The notes under the pieces are model-generated. The model was not told where the DNA came from. It searched no databases and saw only the letters and a program-made list of their open reading frames with translations. From Candidatus Saccharimonadota bacterium (GTDB taxonomy: Bacteria; Patescibacteriota; Saccharimonadia; Saccharimonadales; UBA10212), in the NCBI GenBank assembly GCA_013815775.1, contig JACDFN010000003.1, positions 14,354 through 78,353 on the forward strand: a stretch of 64,000 nt of DNA, read 5' to 3'. A program made the translations under genes and the position numbers. Of the stretch, positions 9,401 to 18,333 are shown piece by piece. Numbering within the stretch: the stretch's first letter is position 1; every line of letters begins with the position of its first letter.

Positions 9401-9805
9401 GGCAATATTCACGTAGCACCAAATGTTACCAAGATAGAGGGCCTGTATGTAGCCCAGCCTACACCTGCAAACCCCAACGAGAATGGAATTTTCTCTACCT
9501 GTTCACCAGGGGGTTCCGTAGCCACCTCCGATAACATTAGACTGGGTCCACCAGCAGGCTGTTTTAGCCAGTTCACAGTTAACGGCGCTGTGGTAGCTCG
9601 CCATGTAATACCAGTACGAAGCAACGGTACTTTATGGAGGGACAACGGCGGTAATCCACCACCGCAGCTAGGCTTGCCAGCAGACATTTTTAACTATACC
9701 CCATCTGTCGCAATAGGGGATCCTGACTTTAGTCCAATAAACGGTGGCGGTGCAGCGATATTTAGTTCCTTAGAAGGCTTGTTTAGTTTACCGCCTATAT
9801 TTTAA
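6443..9805 (+). CDS. 1120-aa secreted/surface protein of unknown function, pilus-locus associated
   Basis: Uninterrupted 3.36-kb ORF with an N-terminal signal/anchor (GATVLGLLLFVLLHNPASAQQ). It is Gly/Asn/Thr/Pro-rich with no LPXTG motif. Its start overlaps the TPR gene, and pilM follows 60 nt downstream. Confidence 0.7.
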   Translation: MSYRRKTLTGWGIKGFGATVLGLLLFVLLHNPASAQQTTGVPIPNNFLPRSQDFSQGNGVYLITAIYGTDYVLRAPTSTVRFYSPNSSNTINIVDGGHCIGSGPDRGPNNAEAETIYRVWPLSPDNTPANYNNTPFNPRTGPAPFEVSSKTIGCQASYQFNFNSGGFSEVNLGPAEGKYAFEIEATMTGPQGWNMFKYNVVSGGGRFSYYAGSGDKFGLKDDSPGLPPSGERGNFALGFAPGCAVANNDARSITLKWFDADAGEPNQRVNASDNKVRTRLVEYDTAGNPTGRNIPISVAPSVGDAPGGGILDIKTGDDVSGQAQISILGYRKYKWVWENVHSTNGVQFQLPYDSYNTLIDFTKDCATETTNASCKGIPTNSKQVAIGGGTTIKIRATNTGTTNWNTQFALRQVDPGGANLFMPNVVAPGQFREFTFNINARTTAQTVVFKYSMFNASGIRFPSQPDPLCTVTVQWTNSPNSRWGIIEANCSTLTYTGNHFTKDASGNVANGPPRSFTTFAGSDNATEFGPGEYVKVAVTRAVNTSGMSAGDANAAQLTTNDPGYVLWVKVQNSGDTVSLIPLAADGSLPDLFGPTPEGLRPQYGYTFILSLYNTNDPGENNSSEIATTTLEPCWRPIECSSLSYTDYEPGQTLNSTYSFLFGLADNGDPVKTSQSVERDLINVSGDPRGNTKGNYAIETIFQPGISGTFISPNPVDSISGNGDSTVQVKMSLTVEYTGKVIVRFKYGNNQTNATLKQCEQEVTPRTRPYLRVNQGDVHTGGAFRKPDGNCPTVTEAGFVSPATGNKNSGGIRTFGNPASRLGSRVDFAALALGLIDGSSGGPPLGFSSAVLNPSVNYEYLDFANTTSDELGGLLGGDNGSTTFNIAHCIPNYFYSTPKILEANRVYEPEDKLILNPGKNGQYYYQTAPGVPYLNLGSNGPNLVGNGDRVTFYVKGDVYITKNIDYQNNWTITTTSNTIPYFALIVEGNIHVAPNVTKIEGLYVAQPTPANPNENGIFSTCSPGGSVATSDNIRLGPPAGCFSQFTVNGAVVARHVIPVRSNGTLWRDNGGNPPPQLGLPADIFNYTPSVAIGDPDFSPINGGGAAIFSSLEGLFSLPPIF

Positions 9806-9837
9806 GTAAAAAAGACCAGAAAAATTAAAAAGGCTTA

Positions 9838-9846
9838 TGCTATAAT
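9838..9846 (+). promoter_or_regulatory. Extended -10 box (TGcTATAAT) upstream of pilM
   Basis: gcttaTGcTATAAT lies 19 nt before the ATG at 9866. The same gcttatgctata word recurs at 18320-18331. Confidence 0.35.
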
Positions 9847-9865
9847 CTGAAATAATGGAATAAAC

Positions 9866-10906
9866 ATGAATATACTGAGTGGGGTATCAGACTTTTTTGG
9901 ACTTGACATCGGTAGCACTGCGCTGCGAGCCGTGTTACTGCGTGGCACAGGGCCTATAAAAGCACTGGAGCGGTATTACCAAATGCCTATCGACAGCACA
10001 ATTACGCTTAGTGATTCCAACATGGATCAGCAAAAGCTGGCCGGAGTTATCAAAGATTTTATACACAAGTCAGGTATTTCAAGTAAGAACGTGGCCGTTA
10101 ACCTACCTTCACACAGGGTCTTTACAACTGTAGTTGATATGGACAAAATGCCCATGGACGAGCTAGCTAAAGCAATTCATTATCAAGCCGAGTCGTTTAT
10201 CCCAACCAACCCAGACCAGTCAAAAGTAGATTGGGCGGTAATAGGTGACTCTCCGAAAGATCCTAAGAAATTAGAAATTCTTTTAACCAGTGTGCCAAAC
10301 GAATTCGTAGAGAGACGGCTAGATTTAATCGAGGCCATAGGCTTGAACGTTATTGCTTTTGAACCCGACAGTATTGCACTGGCCAGAGCTGTTGTCCCTG
10401 TAGACCTAGCTACCCCGCAGCTAATACTTGACGTGGGAAGTAAAGCTACTGATTTGGTCATAGCTATGAACGGGGCTCCTCATTTATCTAGGGCAATCCC
10501 TGTAGGATCAGAAGCTATTATTAGAACCGCCATGCAAAACCTGAGCATCGATCAAGCTCAGGCCGAGCAATTCATATTTAAGTTTGGACTCGGCAAAGAC
10601 AAAGTTGAGGGTCAAATCTACAGTGCCATCATCGGTACAATCGACAATCTTATGTCCGAAATTGAAAAATCAATAAAATTTTTCCAAAGCAGGTATCCGA
10701 ACACTAAATTAGAAAGAATTATAGTTACTGGTGGGGCATCTTCAATGCCGGAGTTACCGCTACATATCGCAAACCGCTTTGGAATCAGCGTAGAGATAGG
10801 CAATGCTTGGCGAAATGTTTCTTTTCCTTCCAGTAAACAAAACGAACTGCTAGCTGTTTCTAACCATTTTGCAGTTGCGGTAGGACTGGCGGAGAGGGCG
10901 GCATGA
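9866..10906 (+). CDS. pilM: Type IV pilus assembly protein PilM (actin-like ATPase fold)
   Basis: N-terminal FFGLDIGSTALRAV. Length 346 aa. ATGA overlap with the next gene. Position at the head of the pilMNO block. Confidence 0.75.
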   Translation: MNILSGVSDFFGLDIGSTALRAVLLRGTGPIKALERYYQMPIDSTITLSDSNMDQQKLAGVIKDFIHKSGISSKNVAVNLPSHRVFTTVVDMDKMPMDELAKAIHYQAESFIPTNPDQSKVDWAVIGDSPKDPKKLEILLTSVPNEFVERRLDLIEAIGLNVIAFEPDSIALARAVVPVDLATPQLILDVGSKATDLVIAMNGAPHLSRAIPVGSEAIIRTAMQNLSIDQAQAEQFIFKFGLGKDKVEGQIYSAIIGTIDNLMSEIEKSIKFFQSRYPNTKLERIIVTGGASSMPELPLHIANRFGISVEIGNAWRNVSFPSSKQNELLAVSNHFAVAVGLAERAA

Positions 10907-11604
10907 AGATTCAATTCAACCTGCTTCCCGACGTAAAGCAGCAGTATCTAAAGACTCAGCGTACTAAACGGAACGTAATGCTTATTGCAACATTAGTAAG
11001 CGGGATAGCAGTCTTTCTTTTGCTTATAATGCTCAGCACCGTCTACATAATTAATAAAAAACAAATTAGTGACGCCGAAAAGGATATAACAAAGTACACA
11101 AACGAAGTTAAAGCCATTCCGGATATCAATAAGATTTTAACTGTTCAGTCCCAACTGGAGTCTTTAATAGAGTTGCATAAGAATAAAAAAGCGGTATCGC
11201 GTCTATTCCAATATTTACCACAGCTTACCCCCAACAATATTTTCCTGGGCTCTTTGTCTATGGATTTTTCTACAAATACTATGGAAATTGACGGTACTAC
11301 AGACACCCAGAAAACTATCAATACTTTTATTGATACTCTAAAATTCACTACCTATAAACTGGATGGCAAGGACACCAAGACAAGGGCGTTTCCGTCGGTC
11401 CTTGAAAGCAGCTTTGGTATCACCGAGAAAGGTGCCACCTACACTCTCACGATCCAATTTGACCCTACCTTATTTATTAATTCTCAAAAAGTAGAATTAA
11501 TTGTACCGGCCGGGCTGTCGACTACACGCTCTATTTTGAAAGATCCTACAAGCCTTCTATTTAACGGAGTTGTAGCTGAAGAACCCAAGGAAGGGGTACA
11601 GTAA
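10903..11604 (+). CDS. pilN: PilN-like pilus assembly protein
   Basis: FNLLPD start (INLLP-like), a single TM helix, then a coiled coil. Translationally coupled to pilM. Confidence 0.6.
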   Translation: MKIQFNLLPDVKQQYLKTQRTKRNVMLIATLVSGIAVFLLLIMLSTVYIINKKQISDAEKDITKYTNEVKAIPDINKILTVQSQLESLIELHKNKKAVSRLFQYLPQLTPNNIFLGSLSMDFSTNTMEIDGTTDTQKTINTFIDTLKFTTYKLDGKDTKTRAFPSVLESSFGITEKGATYTLTIQFDPTLFINSQKVELIVPAGLSTTRSILKDPTSLLFNGVVAEEPKEGVQ

Positions 11605-12288
11605 ATGAAACTAGCTGTTTCTACTAAACATTTCCAGATCAACAAAGCCAATAACATGATCCTAGTCGTTATGGCGGTCTCGGCTATTATTACGGTTTTT
11701 TGCTTAGTTAGCGCCAAAGCACTTCTTAGCCAGGCCTCATACCAAAGAAAGGTAATTAGCGAAAAGGATAAAGCAGTTGACCAGCTGAAAGAAAACGTTA
11801 AAGCGGGCAAAGAGCTGGCCGCTCAGTACAACGTCTTTGAGAAAGCCGACCCCAACATAATTGGTGGTAAGGGAGGAGATTTACCCGGTGAAGGCCCGCT
11901 TGACGGAGATAATCCCAGAATAGTATTAGACGCGCTTCCTAGCCAATACGATTTTCCAGCTCTGGCTTCTAGCGTTGAGAAAATAGTCACCAGTGCCGCC
12001 CTTATACCATCAGAACTGGGAGGGACCGATGAAGGCCAAGATAGTTTGGCGGCTCCGGAACCAACTGCTAACCCAACCCCGTCCGAGATGGGCTTCACCC
12101 TAGAGGTTAGTAATACTTATTTAACCCTTCAGACATTAATTAAAGATCTAGAGCGTTCCATAAGGCCTATCGATGTTCAAACTGTAGAGTTTGCCGGTAA
12201 AGAAGATGCCATGACCTTAACTATAAAAGCCAGAACATACTTTCAGCTGGGCTCGGGATTTGTTGTTGGGCAGAAGGAGGTTAAGTAG
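11605..12288 (+). CDS. pilO: PilO-like pilus assembly protein
   Basis: Single TM helix (MILVVMAVSAIITVFCLV) plus a coiled coil. The gene abuts pilN (TAAATG). Confidence 0.5.
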   Translation: MKLAVSTKHFQINKANNMILVVMAVSAIITVFCLVSAKALLSQASYQRKVISEKDKAVDQLKENVKAGKELAAQYNVFEKADPNIIGGKGGDLPGEGPLDGDNPRIVLDALPSQYDFPALASSVEKIVTSAALIPSELGGTDEGQDSLAAPEPTANPTPSEMGFTLEVSNTYLTLQTLIKDLERSIRPIDVQTVEFAGKEDAMTLTIKARTYFQLGSGFVVGQKEVK

Positions 12289-12552
12289 ATGAAGCAAAAA
12301 GAATTTTTACTAATTGCTGTGATAGTTATCGTTTCGGCGGTTATATCAAGTATAGCCGCAAATGCTATATTCAACTCTTCTGACCAGCGTAAAGAGAAAG
12401 TGGCTGTCGTAGAGCCAATTAGCAGTAAGTTCCCACCTGTGCAAAATGATAGCGACTATCAAGCATTTTTCAATCCAAACGCAATTAACCCAACACAACT
12501 AATTAAGATTGGTACTAGCCAAAACACCACACCATTTAATGAAAAACCGTAG
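12289..12552 (+). CDS. Small single-pass membrane protein in the PilP position
   Basis: 87 aa with one TM helix (FLLIAVIVIVSAVISSIAA). The start abuts the pilO stop (TAGATG). Confidence 0.4.
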   Translation: MKQKEFLLIAVIVIVSAVISSIAANAIFNSSDQRKEKVAVVEPISSKFPPVQNDSDYQAFFNPNAINPTQLIKIGTSQNTTPFNEKP

Positions 12553-12567
12553 GGACGGGACCTACGA

Positions 12568-14361
12568 ATGAACGTCTTATCGCCTACCGTCCAGCAGCAC
12601 GTAGAAGAGATGCTGGTAAAAGACGGTGCAATAGACGATAGCAAGTTGGCCCAAATCAAAGAAAAGGCTAAGGCAAACAACGAGCCTTTCTTCAGTCTTC
12701 TTTTAAGCGAAGGTCATATAAATGATGAACAGCTTACCAAGACTTTGGCGGCTGTTTCCAAGGTTCCTTACGTAAACCTCAGCAAGGCCAGGATTGAACC
12801 AAAAATACTGGATTTACTCCCGCAAGATACAGCCGAACAGTTCATGGCAGTACCTCTTGGTAAAATGCAAAACCGGCTTGTGGTAGCAATGTTAGATGCC
12901 GATAATGTTCAAGCGGTTGATTTTTTGAGTAATAAAATAGGCAAAACCCTAAAAGTTTATGCGGCGAGCGAATCAGGCATTCGGCATATTCTAGAGCAAT
13001 ATCAACACTCAATCGAGCGCGGTGTTACATCCATGCTATCAAAGGTTCCTGAGGATCTAGGAGTTGAGGAGGGCGTGGTTGAATCTCTTCAGCCAAATTT
13101 AAGTAAGGTTAAAACCATAGTTCAGGACTCTCCTATCGCAAAAGCCTTGGCTGCAATTATGGATTACGCTGGCAAAAATCGGGCTAGTGATATTCATATA
13201 GAACCCCTTGAGAAAGAACTAAAGATACGTTGCCGTATTGACGGAGTATTACAGGAAGTCATGAAACTGCCCAAAAGCGCCGAAGCAGCTATGGTCAGCC
13301 GCATAAAGATTTTAAGCAATCTAAAAATTGATGAACACCGCATACCTCAGGATGGTAATTTTTCTATTACCGTTGATGGCCGGCCTGTAGACCTTAGGAT
13401 TGCAATCAGCCCAGTGGTATGGGGGGAGCAGGTAGTTATGAGGCTACTAGACAAAACTGGAACCAGTCTAAAGCTTGAAGATATGGGTTACCGCGGCAGG
13501 GCACTAAGGGCACTTAGAAGCGGGCTAAAACAGCCTTACGGAATGATTTTGACCTCCGGTCCTACTGGTTCGGGTAAATCAACCTCTATGTACGCTATGA
13601 TTCAAGAAATAAAAAATGATTCCATTAATATAGTTACCCTTGAAGATCCAGTAGAATATAAAATTGAGGGCGTAAACCAGATTCAGGTAAACCCAGATGT
13701 TGGTTTAACCTTTGCTACCGGGCTACGCTCAATTCTACGTCAAGACCCTGATGTCGTTATGGTAGGAGAGATTCGAGACAAGGAAACAGCCAGCTTGGCC
13801 GTACAAGCAGCACTTACGGGTCACTTAGTGTTTTCTACACTCCATACCAACAGTGCCGCGGGAATTTTACCACGCTTGCTCGATATGGGGGTGGAACCTT
13901 TTTTAATTGCCAGCACAGTCCACACTGTTATAGGCCAGCGTCTGGTTCGAAAAGTAGTACCAGGCGGTGAAAAATATCAGTCTACTAAAGCCGAAACCGC
14001 AGAAATTCATGAAACCTTAAAAGACTTATTACCAAAAACCAAAGATGAGATCACCAAGAAAGCGGATGACTTGGGCTTTGACGACTTGCCACTAGACGAC
14101 CAAAATGCTTATACTTTAGTCAAAGGTAAACCAACCCCTGAGAACCAAACAGGGTACCAGGGTCGGATGGGCCTTTACGAAGTGTTTGAGGTTACAGAGA
14201 AAATTCAGGACTTAATAATTAAACATTCCACAAGTTCTGAAATTCAAAGAATGGCTCAATCTCAAGGCATGGTAACCATGCGCCAAGACGGTTACTTAAA
14301 AGCACTAGCAGGGAAAACAACACTTCTAGAAGTTAATAGAGTAGCGTCAACCGAAGCATAA
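12568..14361 (+). CDS. pilB: Type IV pilus assembly (extension) ATPase PilB/GspE family
   Basis: Walker A SGPTGSGKSTS, Walker B/Asp box DPDVVMVGEIRD, His box TGHLVFSTLHTN, and an N-terminal GspE-N-like domain. Confidence 0.9.
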   Translation: MNVLSPTVQQHVEEMLVKDGAIDDSKLAQIKEKAKANNEPFFSLLLSEGHINDEQLTKTLAAVSKVPYVNLSKARIEPKILDLLPQDTAEQFMAVPLGKMQNRLVVAMLDADNVQAVDFLSNKIGKTLKVYAASESGIRHILEQYQHSIERGVTSMLSKVPEDLGVEEGVVESLQPNLSKVKTIVQDSPIAKALAAIMDYAGKNRASDIHIEPLEKELKIRCRIDGVLQEVMKLPKSAEAAMVSRIKILSNLKIDEHRIPQDGNFSITVDGRPVDLRIAISPVVWGEQVVMRLLDKTGTSLKLEDMGYRGRALRALRSGLKQPYGMILTSGPTGSGKSTSMYAMIQEIKNDSINIVTLEDPVEYKIEGVNQIQVNPDVGLTFATGLRSILRQDPDVVMVGEIRDKETASLAVQAALTGHLVFSTLHTNSAAGILPRLLDMGVEPFLIASTVHTVIGQRLVRKVVPGGEKYQSTKAETAEIHETLKDLLPKTKDEITKKADDLGFDDLPLDDQNAYTLVKGKPTPENQTGYQGRMGLYEVFEVTEKIQDLIIKHSTSSEIQRMAQSQGMVTMRQDGYLKALAGKTTLLEVNRVASTEA

Positions 14362-14399
14362 AACGAAGTTATTATGAAAAAAGAAAGGGTGGCAAAGAC

Positions 14400-15467
14400 A
14401 TGCAACAACAACCAAAAATAGAACTGCTGCTCGACGAAATCGTAAAACGTAAAGCATCTGACCTTCACTTACAGGTAGGTTTACCTCCCATGATGCGCGT
14501 AGATGGTGCTTTGTTGGCTATCCACGGATCAGCCCCGCTAAACGAAGAAGCAGTCGAGATCCTTATTTTTAGCTTGCTCGACGAAGATCAAAAACAAATT
14601 CTGCTTAGAGATAAGGAGTTCGATTTCAGCTTTGCCTTCGGTGATCTGGGCCGCTTTCGAGTAAATGCTTTTCATGAACGGGGTAACTTGGCTGCTGCCA
14701 TGCGGCTGATTCCTCACGAAATTCCAACTATCGAACAGTTGGGGCTACCTACTATTATTAACAAATTTACCGAATACCCCCGCGGTTTAGTCCTAGTGAC
14801 TGGCCCTACGGGATCTGGTAAGTCTACTACCTTAGCCGCCTTGGTTAACAGAATTAATAGCGAACGCGCAGTACACATTATTACTGTAGAGGATCCTATT
14901 GAATATACTCATGTGTCGAAAAGAGCAGTAATTGTCCAGCGCGAAGTACACTATGATACTTTTAGCTTTTCTACAGCTCTCCGCTCAGCACTACGTGAAG
15001 ATCCAGACGTAGTTCTTATAGGTGAAATGCGCGATTTAGAAACAATTGCAGCGGCAATTACAATCGCAGAAACCGGCCACTTAGTTTTTGCTACGCTACA
15101 TACCAACAGTGCTGCCCAAAGTATCGATCGTATGGTAGACGTTTTTCCACCCCACCAGCAACCGCAGATTAGAGCCCAGCTTAGCAATATTCTTATGGCA
15201 ATTTGCTCTCAGCGTCTGATACCAGCTATCGGAAGCGGACGAATTGCGGCGGCTGAGATACTAATAGCCACCCCAGCAGCCCGGAACATCATTCGCGAGG
15301 GTAAATCATACCAACTTGAGGCAGTTATTCAAACAGGAGCGGAGTTTGGTATGCAGAGCATGGACAAAACACTAGTGGGTCTTATCCATGGGGGCATCAT
15401 AAGTTATGATGAAGCTAGAAATTATGCGGTTGATCTTCAAGAACTTGATAGGTTTATGAGAGGCTAG
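14400..15467 (+). CDS. pilT: Twitching-motility retraction ATPase PilT
   Basis: 355 aa. Walker A GPTGSGKSTT, His box TGHLVFATLHTN, and the PilT-type ARNIIREGK motif. Confidence 0.9.
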   Translation: MQQQPKIELLLDEIVKRKASDLHLQVGLPPMMRVDGALLAIHGSAPLNEEAVEILIFSLLDEDQKQILLRDKEFDFSFAFGDLGRFRVNAFHERGNLAAAMRLIPHEIPTIEQLGLPTIINKFTEYPRGLVLVTGPTGSGKSTTLAALVNRINSERAVHIITVEDPIEYTHVSKRAVIVQREVHYDTFSFSTALRSALREDPDVVLIGEMRDLETIAAAITIAETGHLVFATLHTNSAAQSIDRMVDVFPPHQQPQIRAQLSNILMAICSQRLIPAIGSGRIAAAEILIATPAARNIIREGKSYQLEAVIQTGAEFGMQSMDKTLVGLIHGGIISYDEARNYAVDLQELDRFMRG

Positions 15468-15474
15468 TTGAGAC

Positions 15475-16704
15475 ATGCTAACTTATACTTATACGGCCAG
15501 GGAAAGCTCCACCGGGAAGAAAATAAAAGCTGAGCTTCAAGCCGAATCTGAAAAAGCAGCAGCAAAGTTGCTCAAGGAACGCGGCCTACAAGCCCTTGAA
15601 ATAACCCAAGAGGGAGGTAAGAAGAGTCCCTTAGACAAGATTTTAAAGCGAATCCCTACTAAAGAAAAAGTTATATTCTCGCGCCAGCTCTCAACCCTTA
15701 TAAACGCCGGTCTACCCATAGTTCAGAGCCTTCAAAACGTTAGCGAACAGACTAGCAATAAGACTTTCAGTTCAATTATAAATAGCATTATTCAAGATGT
15801 TGAAGCGGGCTCATCTTTTTCAGTAGCGCTCTCAAAATATCCAAAGGTTTTCAACAATGTATATATTAGCCTTGTAGCCGCCGGAGAAACTTCTGGTACT
15901 TTGGACGTGTCACTTGAGCGATTAGCGAATCAGCAGGAAAAAGATGCTGACATCATCTCAAAAGTCCGAGGGGCCATGATTTATCCAATCATAGTTATGG
16001 TTGTAATGATGGCTGTGGTAATTTTCATGTTGACGACAGTTTTGCCTCAGGTGCAAGTTCTCTACGATGGCTTGCCTGGGGCAGAGTTACCGCTACTTAC
16101 TAAAGTTTTGCTTTCCATGTCTAACGCATTAATCAACTACTGGTGGATTTTTATAGTCATCTTGGTTTTCTTTGCCTTCATGTTCAGCAGGTGGGCACGT
16201 ACCGGACCAGGGAAGCAAGTGATAGACCAGTTAAAGATGACAATGTGGCCGGTAGGACCGTTGTTTGTCAAACTTTACATGGCTCGTTTTTCTAGGACAG
16301 GAGCCACCTTAGTGGGTAGCGGGGTTCCCCTGCTTCAAATGCTAGGTATTACTGCCGAGGCCGTTAACAACGTTCATATAGCTTCTTCCATAAATAAGGC
16401 TGCTGAGAAAGTTAAAGGCGGTAAATCTTTATCGGAAGGTCTTATGGGCGAGCCGCACTTTCCCGATCTAGTGCCTAATATGATTCGGATAGGCGAGCAA
16501 TCGGGCGCGATGGAAGCTATGATGGGCAAAAGCGCCGACTATTACGAGAAAGAAGTAGATAACCAAATTAAAGCAATATCGACACTCGTAGAGCCGGTAT
16601 TGATGATCATAATGGGCATAGTTGCCTTTCTGATAGTAGCTGCTGTTCTACTGCCTATATACGGCCTTGTAGGACATGTGGGTGTCAGCGGAGTAGGGAG
16701 GTAA
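15475..16704 (+). CDS. pilC: Type IV pilus platform protein PilC (GspF family)
   Basis: 409 aa with two GspF-type repeats (FSRQLSTLINAGLPI and FSRTGATLVGSGVPL) and three TM segments. Confidence 0.9.
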   Translation: MLTYTYTARESSTGKKIKAELQAESEKAAAKLLKERGLQALEITQEGGKKSPLDKILKRIPTKEKVIFSRQLSTLINAGLPIVQSLQNVSEQTSNKTFSSIINSIIQDVEAGSSFSVALSKYPKVFNNVYISLVAAGETSGTLDVSLERLANQQEKDADIISKVRGAMIYPIIVMVVMMAVVIFMLTTVLPQVQVLYDGLPGAELPLLTKVLLSMSNALINYWWIFIVILVFFAFMFSRWARTGPGKQVIDQLKMTMWPVGPLFVKLYMARFSRTGATLVGSGVPLLQMLGITAEAVNNVHIASSINKAAEKVKGGKSLSEGLMGEPHFPDLVPNMIRIGEQSGAMEAMMGKSADYYEKEVDNQIKAISTLVEPVLMIIMGIVAFLIVAAVLLPIYGLVGHVGVSGVGR

Positions 16705-16791
16705 AAAGCCTATTGCTTTTTATGAAAACACCGCCTAATATTAAACTAGTTTAAACATAAGCGCTAAGACGCAAAGGGGGCATTTGCCGTA

Positions 16792-17319
16792 ATGAAAAAT
16801 CTACTAAGAAAAGAAAGAAGCTCAGGGTTCACCATCATCGAAGTGATGATAGTACTGGCCATAGCCGGGCTTATCATGGTTATTGTGTTTATTGCTGTGC
16901 CTCAGCTTCAGCGAAACCAGCGGGACAACGCTCGCCAGAACATAGCAAACCGTATTAAAGCTGAAATTGAGACATACGCGGGTAATAATCAAGGCCAGTA
17001 TCCCTTCCAAACCGGAACAGGCACTGGAACGTGGAACGATTTTTATACTCGTTACGTAGCCAGCGGTAAAGTTAAGGTAACAGATCCATCTACAGGCAAT
17101 GATGTTATATCTGCCTCGCTTGGACAGCCTGTAGGCTATTCGAGTCCTACCAACCCAGCGCCACCAGACAGTAAAGGGGAGTTTGTAATTGCTTACGGCG
17201 CCAAGTGTGACGGAGAGTTATGGGCCGCTTCAGGTCTTGCCAATCCAACTACAAGGACCTATGCTCTCATGATAGGACTTGACCGTGATGAGACTCGTTA
17301 CTGCGTAGACAACGGCTAA
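16792..17319 (+). CDS. pilA: Major type IV pilin
   Basis: Class III signal MKNLLRKERSSG/FTIIEVMIVLAIAGLI with Glu at +5. SD AAAGGGGG. A dedicated terminator follows directly. Confidence 0.85.
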   Translation: MKNLLRKERSSGFTIIEVMIVLAIAGLIMVIVFIAVPQLQRNQRDNARQNIANRIKAEIETYAGNNQGQYPFQTGTGTGTWNDFYTRYVASGKVKVTDPSTGNDVISASLGQPVGYSSPTNPAPPDSKGEFVIAYGAKCDGELWAASGLANPTTRTYALMIGLDRDETRYCVDNG

Positions 17320-17341
17320 ACAAAAACGCTAAAAAATAAAA

Positions 17342-17378
17342 AAACGAGCGGAGTTTCACACCCGCTCGTTTTTATTTG
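17342..17378 (+). terminator. Intrinsic terminator after the major pilin gene
   Basis: AAACGAGCGG-agtttcaca-CCCGCTCGTTT followed by TTTTATTTGTT. Confidence 0.7.
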
Positions 17379-17478
17379 TTATTAAACCTTAACTTATTAA
17401 CGACTCTACCAGGGAATATTGTAGCAACGCATAACTAGTTTGGGCTCTGATAGCGGAGTTATGTTAGCATAAGGGGTA

Positions 17479-18309
17479 ATGACTGTTACTGTTATCTTCT
17501 TGATTTGGCTGGGGTTGGCTTTCGGTAGTTTCGTGTCGGCACTGACCTGGCGGGTACACGAACAATCAAAAACTAAGAATAATAAGAGGAACCTATCAAT
17601 CGTAACTGGACGAAGCCAGTGCACCCGCTGCGGCAAAACTTTAACTCCTAAGGACTTGATACCGGTGGTCAGTTGGCTTATTAACCGGGGTAAGTGTCGT
17701 TTTTGCGGTAAAAAAGTATCATGGCAGTACCCGGCAACAGAATTAGGCTTGATGACGGTGTTCGTTACATCCTATCTGTTTTGGCCCGGAGGCTTAGAAA
17801 GTGCGGGGGACTGGTTGCTATTTATAACCTGGCTGCTGAGCTCTGTGGGGCTCACGGCGCTACTTGTATACGACGCCCGCTGGATGATATTGCCCAACCG
17901 AATAATTTATCCTACGGCTCTGGTTGCTACCAGTGGCAGACTGGCATACATCATCGGCTTCGAAGAAAATAAAATTAGAGCGGCAGTGCTGTTAATTCTC
18001 AGCATAACGGTAGCCAGCGGTATATTTTGGTTGCTTTTTATGGTTTCGAATGGGCGATGGATAGGATTCGGTGACGTACGACTTGGTCTTATAACAGGAG
18101 CCATTCTAGCTTCACCGTCTAAAAGCTTCTTAATGATACTGCTGGCATCAGTACTGGGTACTCTTTTTGCTTTACCTGGTCTCTTAACGGGGGCCAAGAC
18201 GGCTGCCAGTAAGCTTCCATACGGTCCCTTTCTTATTGTGGCGACTTTTTTAGTACTCCTGTTTGGTGGCCCAATCCTGGACTGGTACAACAACATTTTT
18301 ATACCTTAA
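17479..18309 (+). CDS. pilD: Prepilin peptidase PilD (A24 family)
   Basis: Cys pairs CTRCG...CRFCG. Polytopic membrane protein with the GFGDVRLG Asp motif. Confidence 0.85.
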   Translation: MTVTVIFLIWLGLAFGSFVSALTWRVHEQSKTKNNKRNLSIVTGRSQCTRCGKTLTPKDLIPVVSWLINRGKCRFCGKKVSWQYPATELGLMTVFVTSYLFWPGGLESAGDWLLFITWLLSSVGLTALLVYDARWMILPNRIIYPTALVATSGRLAYIIGFEENKIRAAVLLILSITVASGIFWLLFMVSNGRWIGFGDVRLGLITGAILASPSKSFLMILLASVLGTLFALPGLLTGAKTAASKLPYGPFLIVATFLVLLFGGPILDWYNNIFIP

Positions 18310-18333
18310 GATAGATGATGCTTATGCTATACT

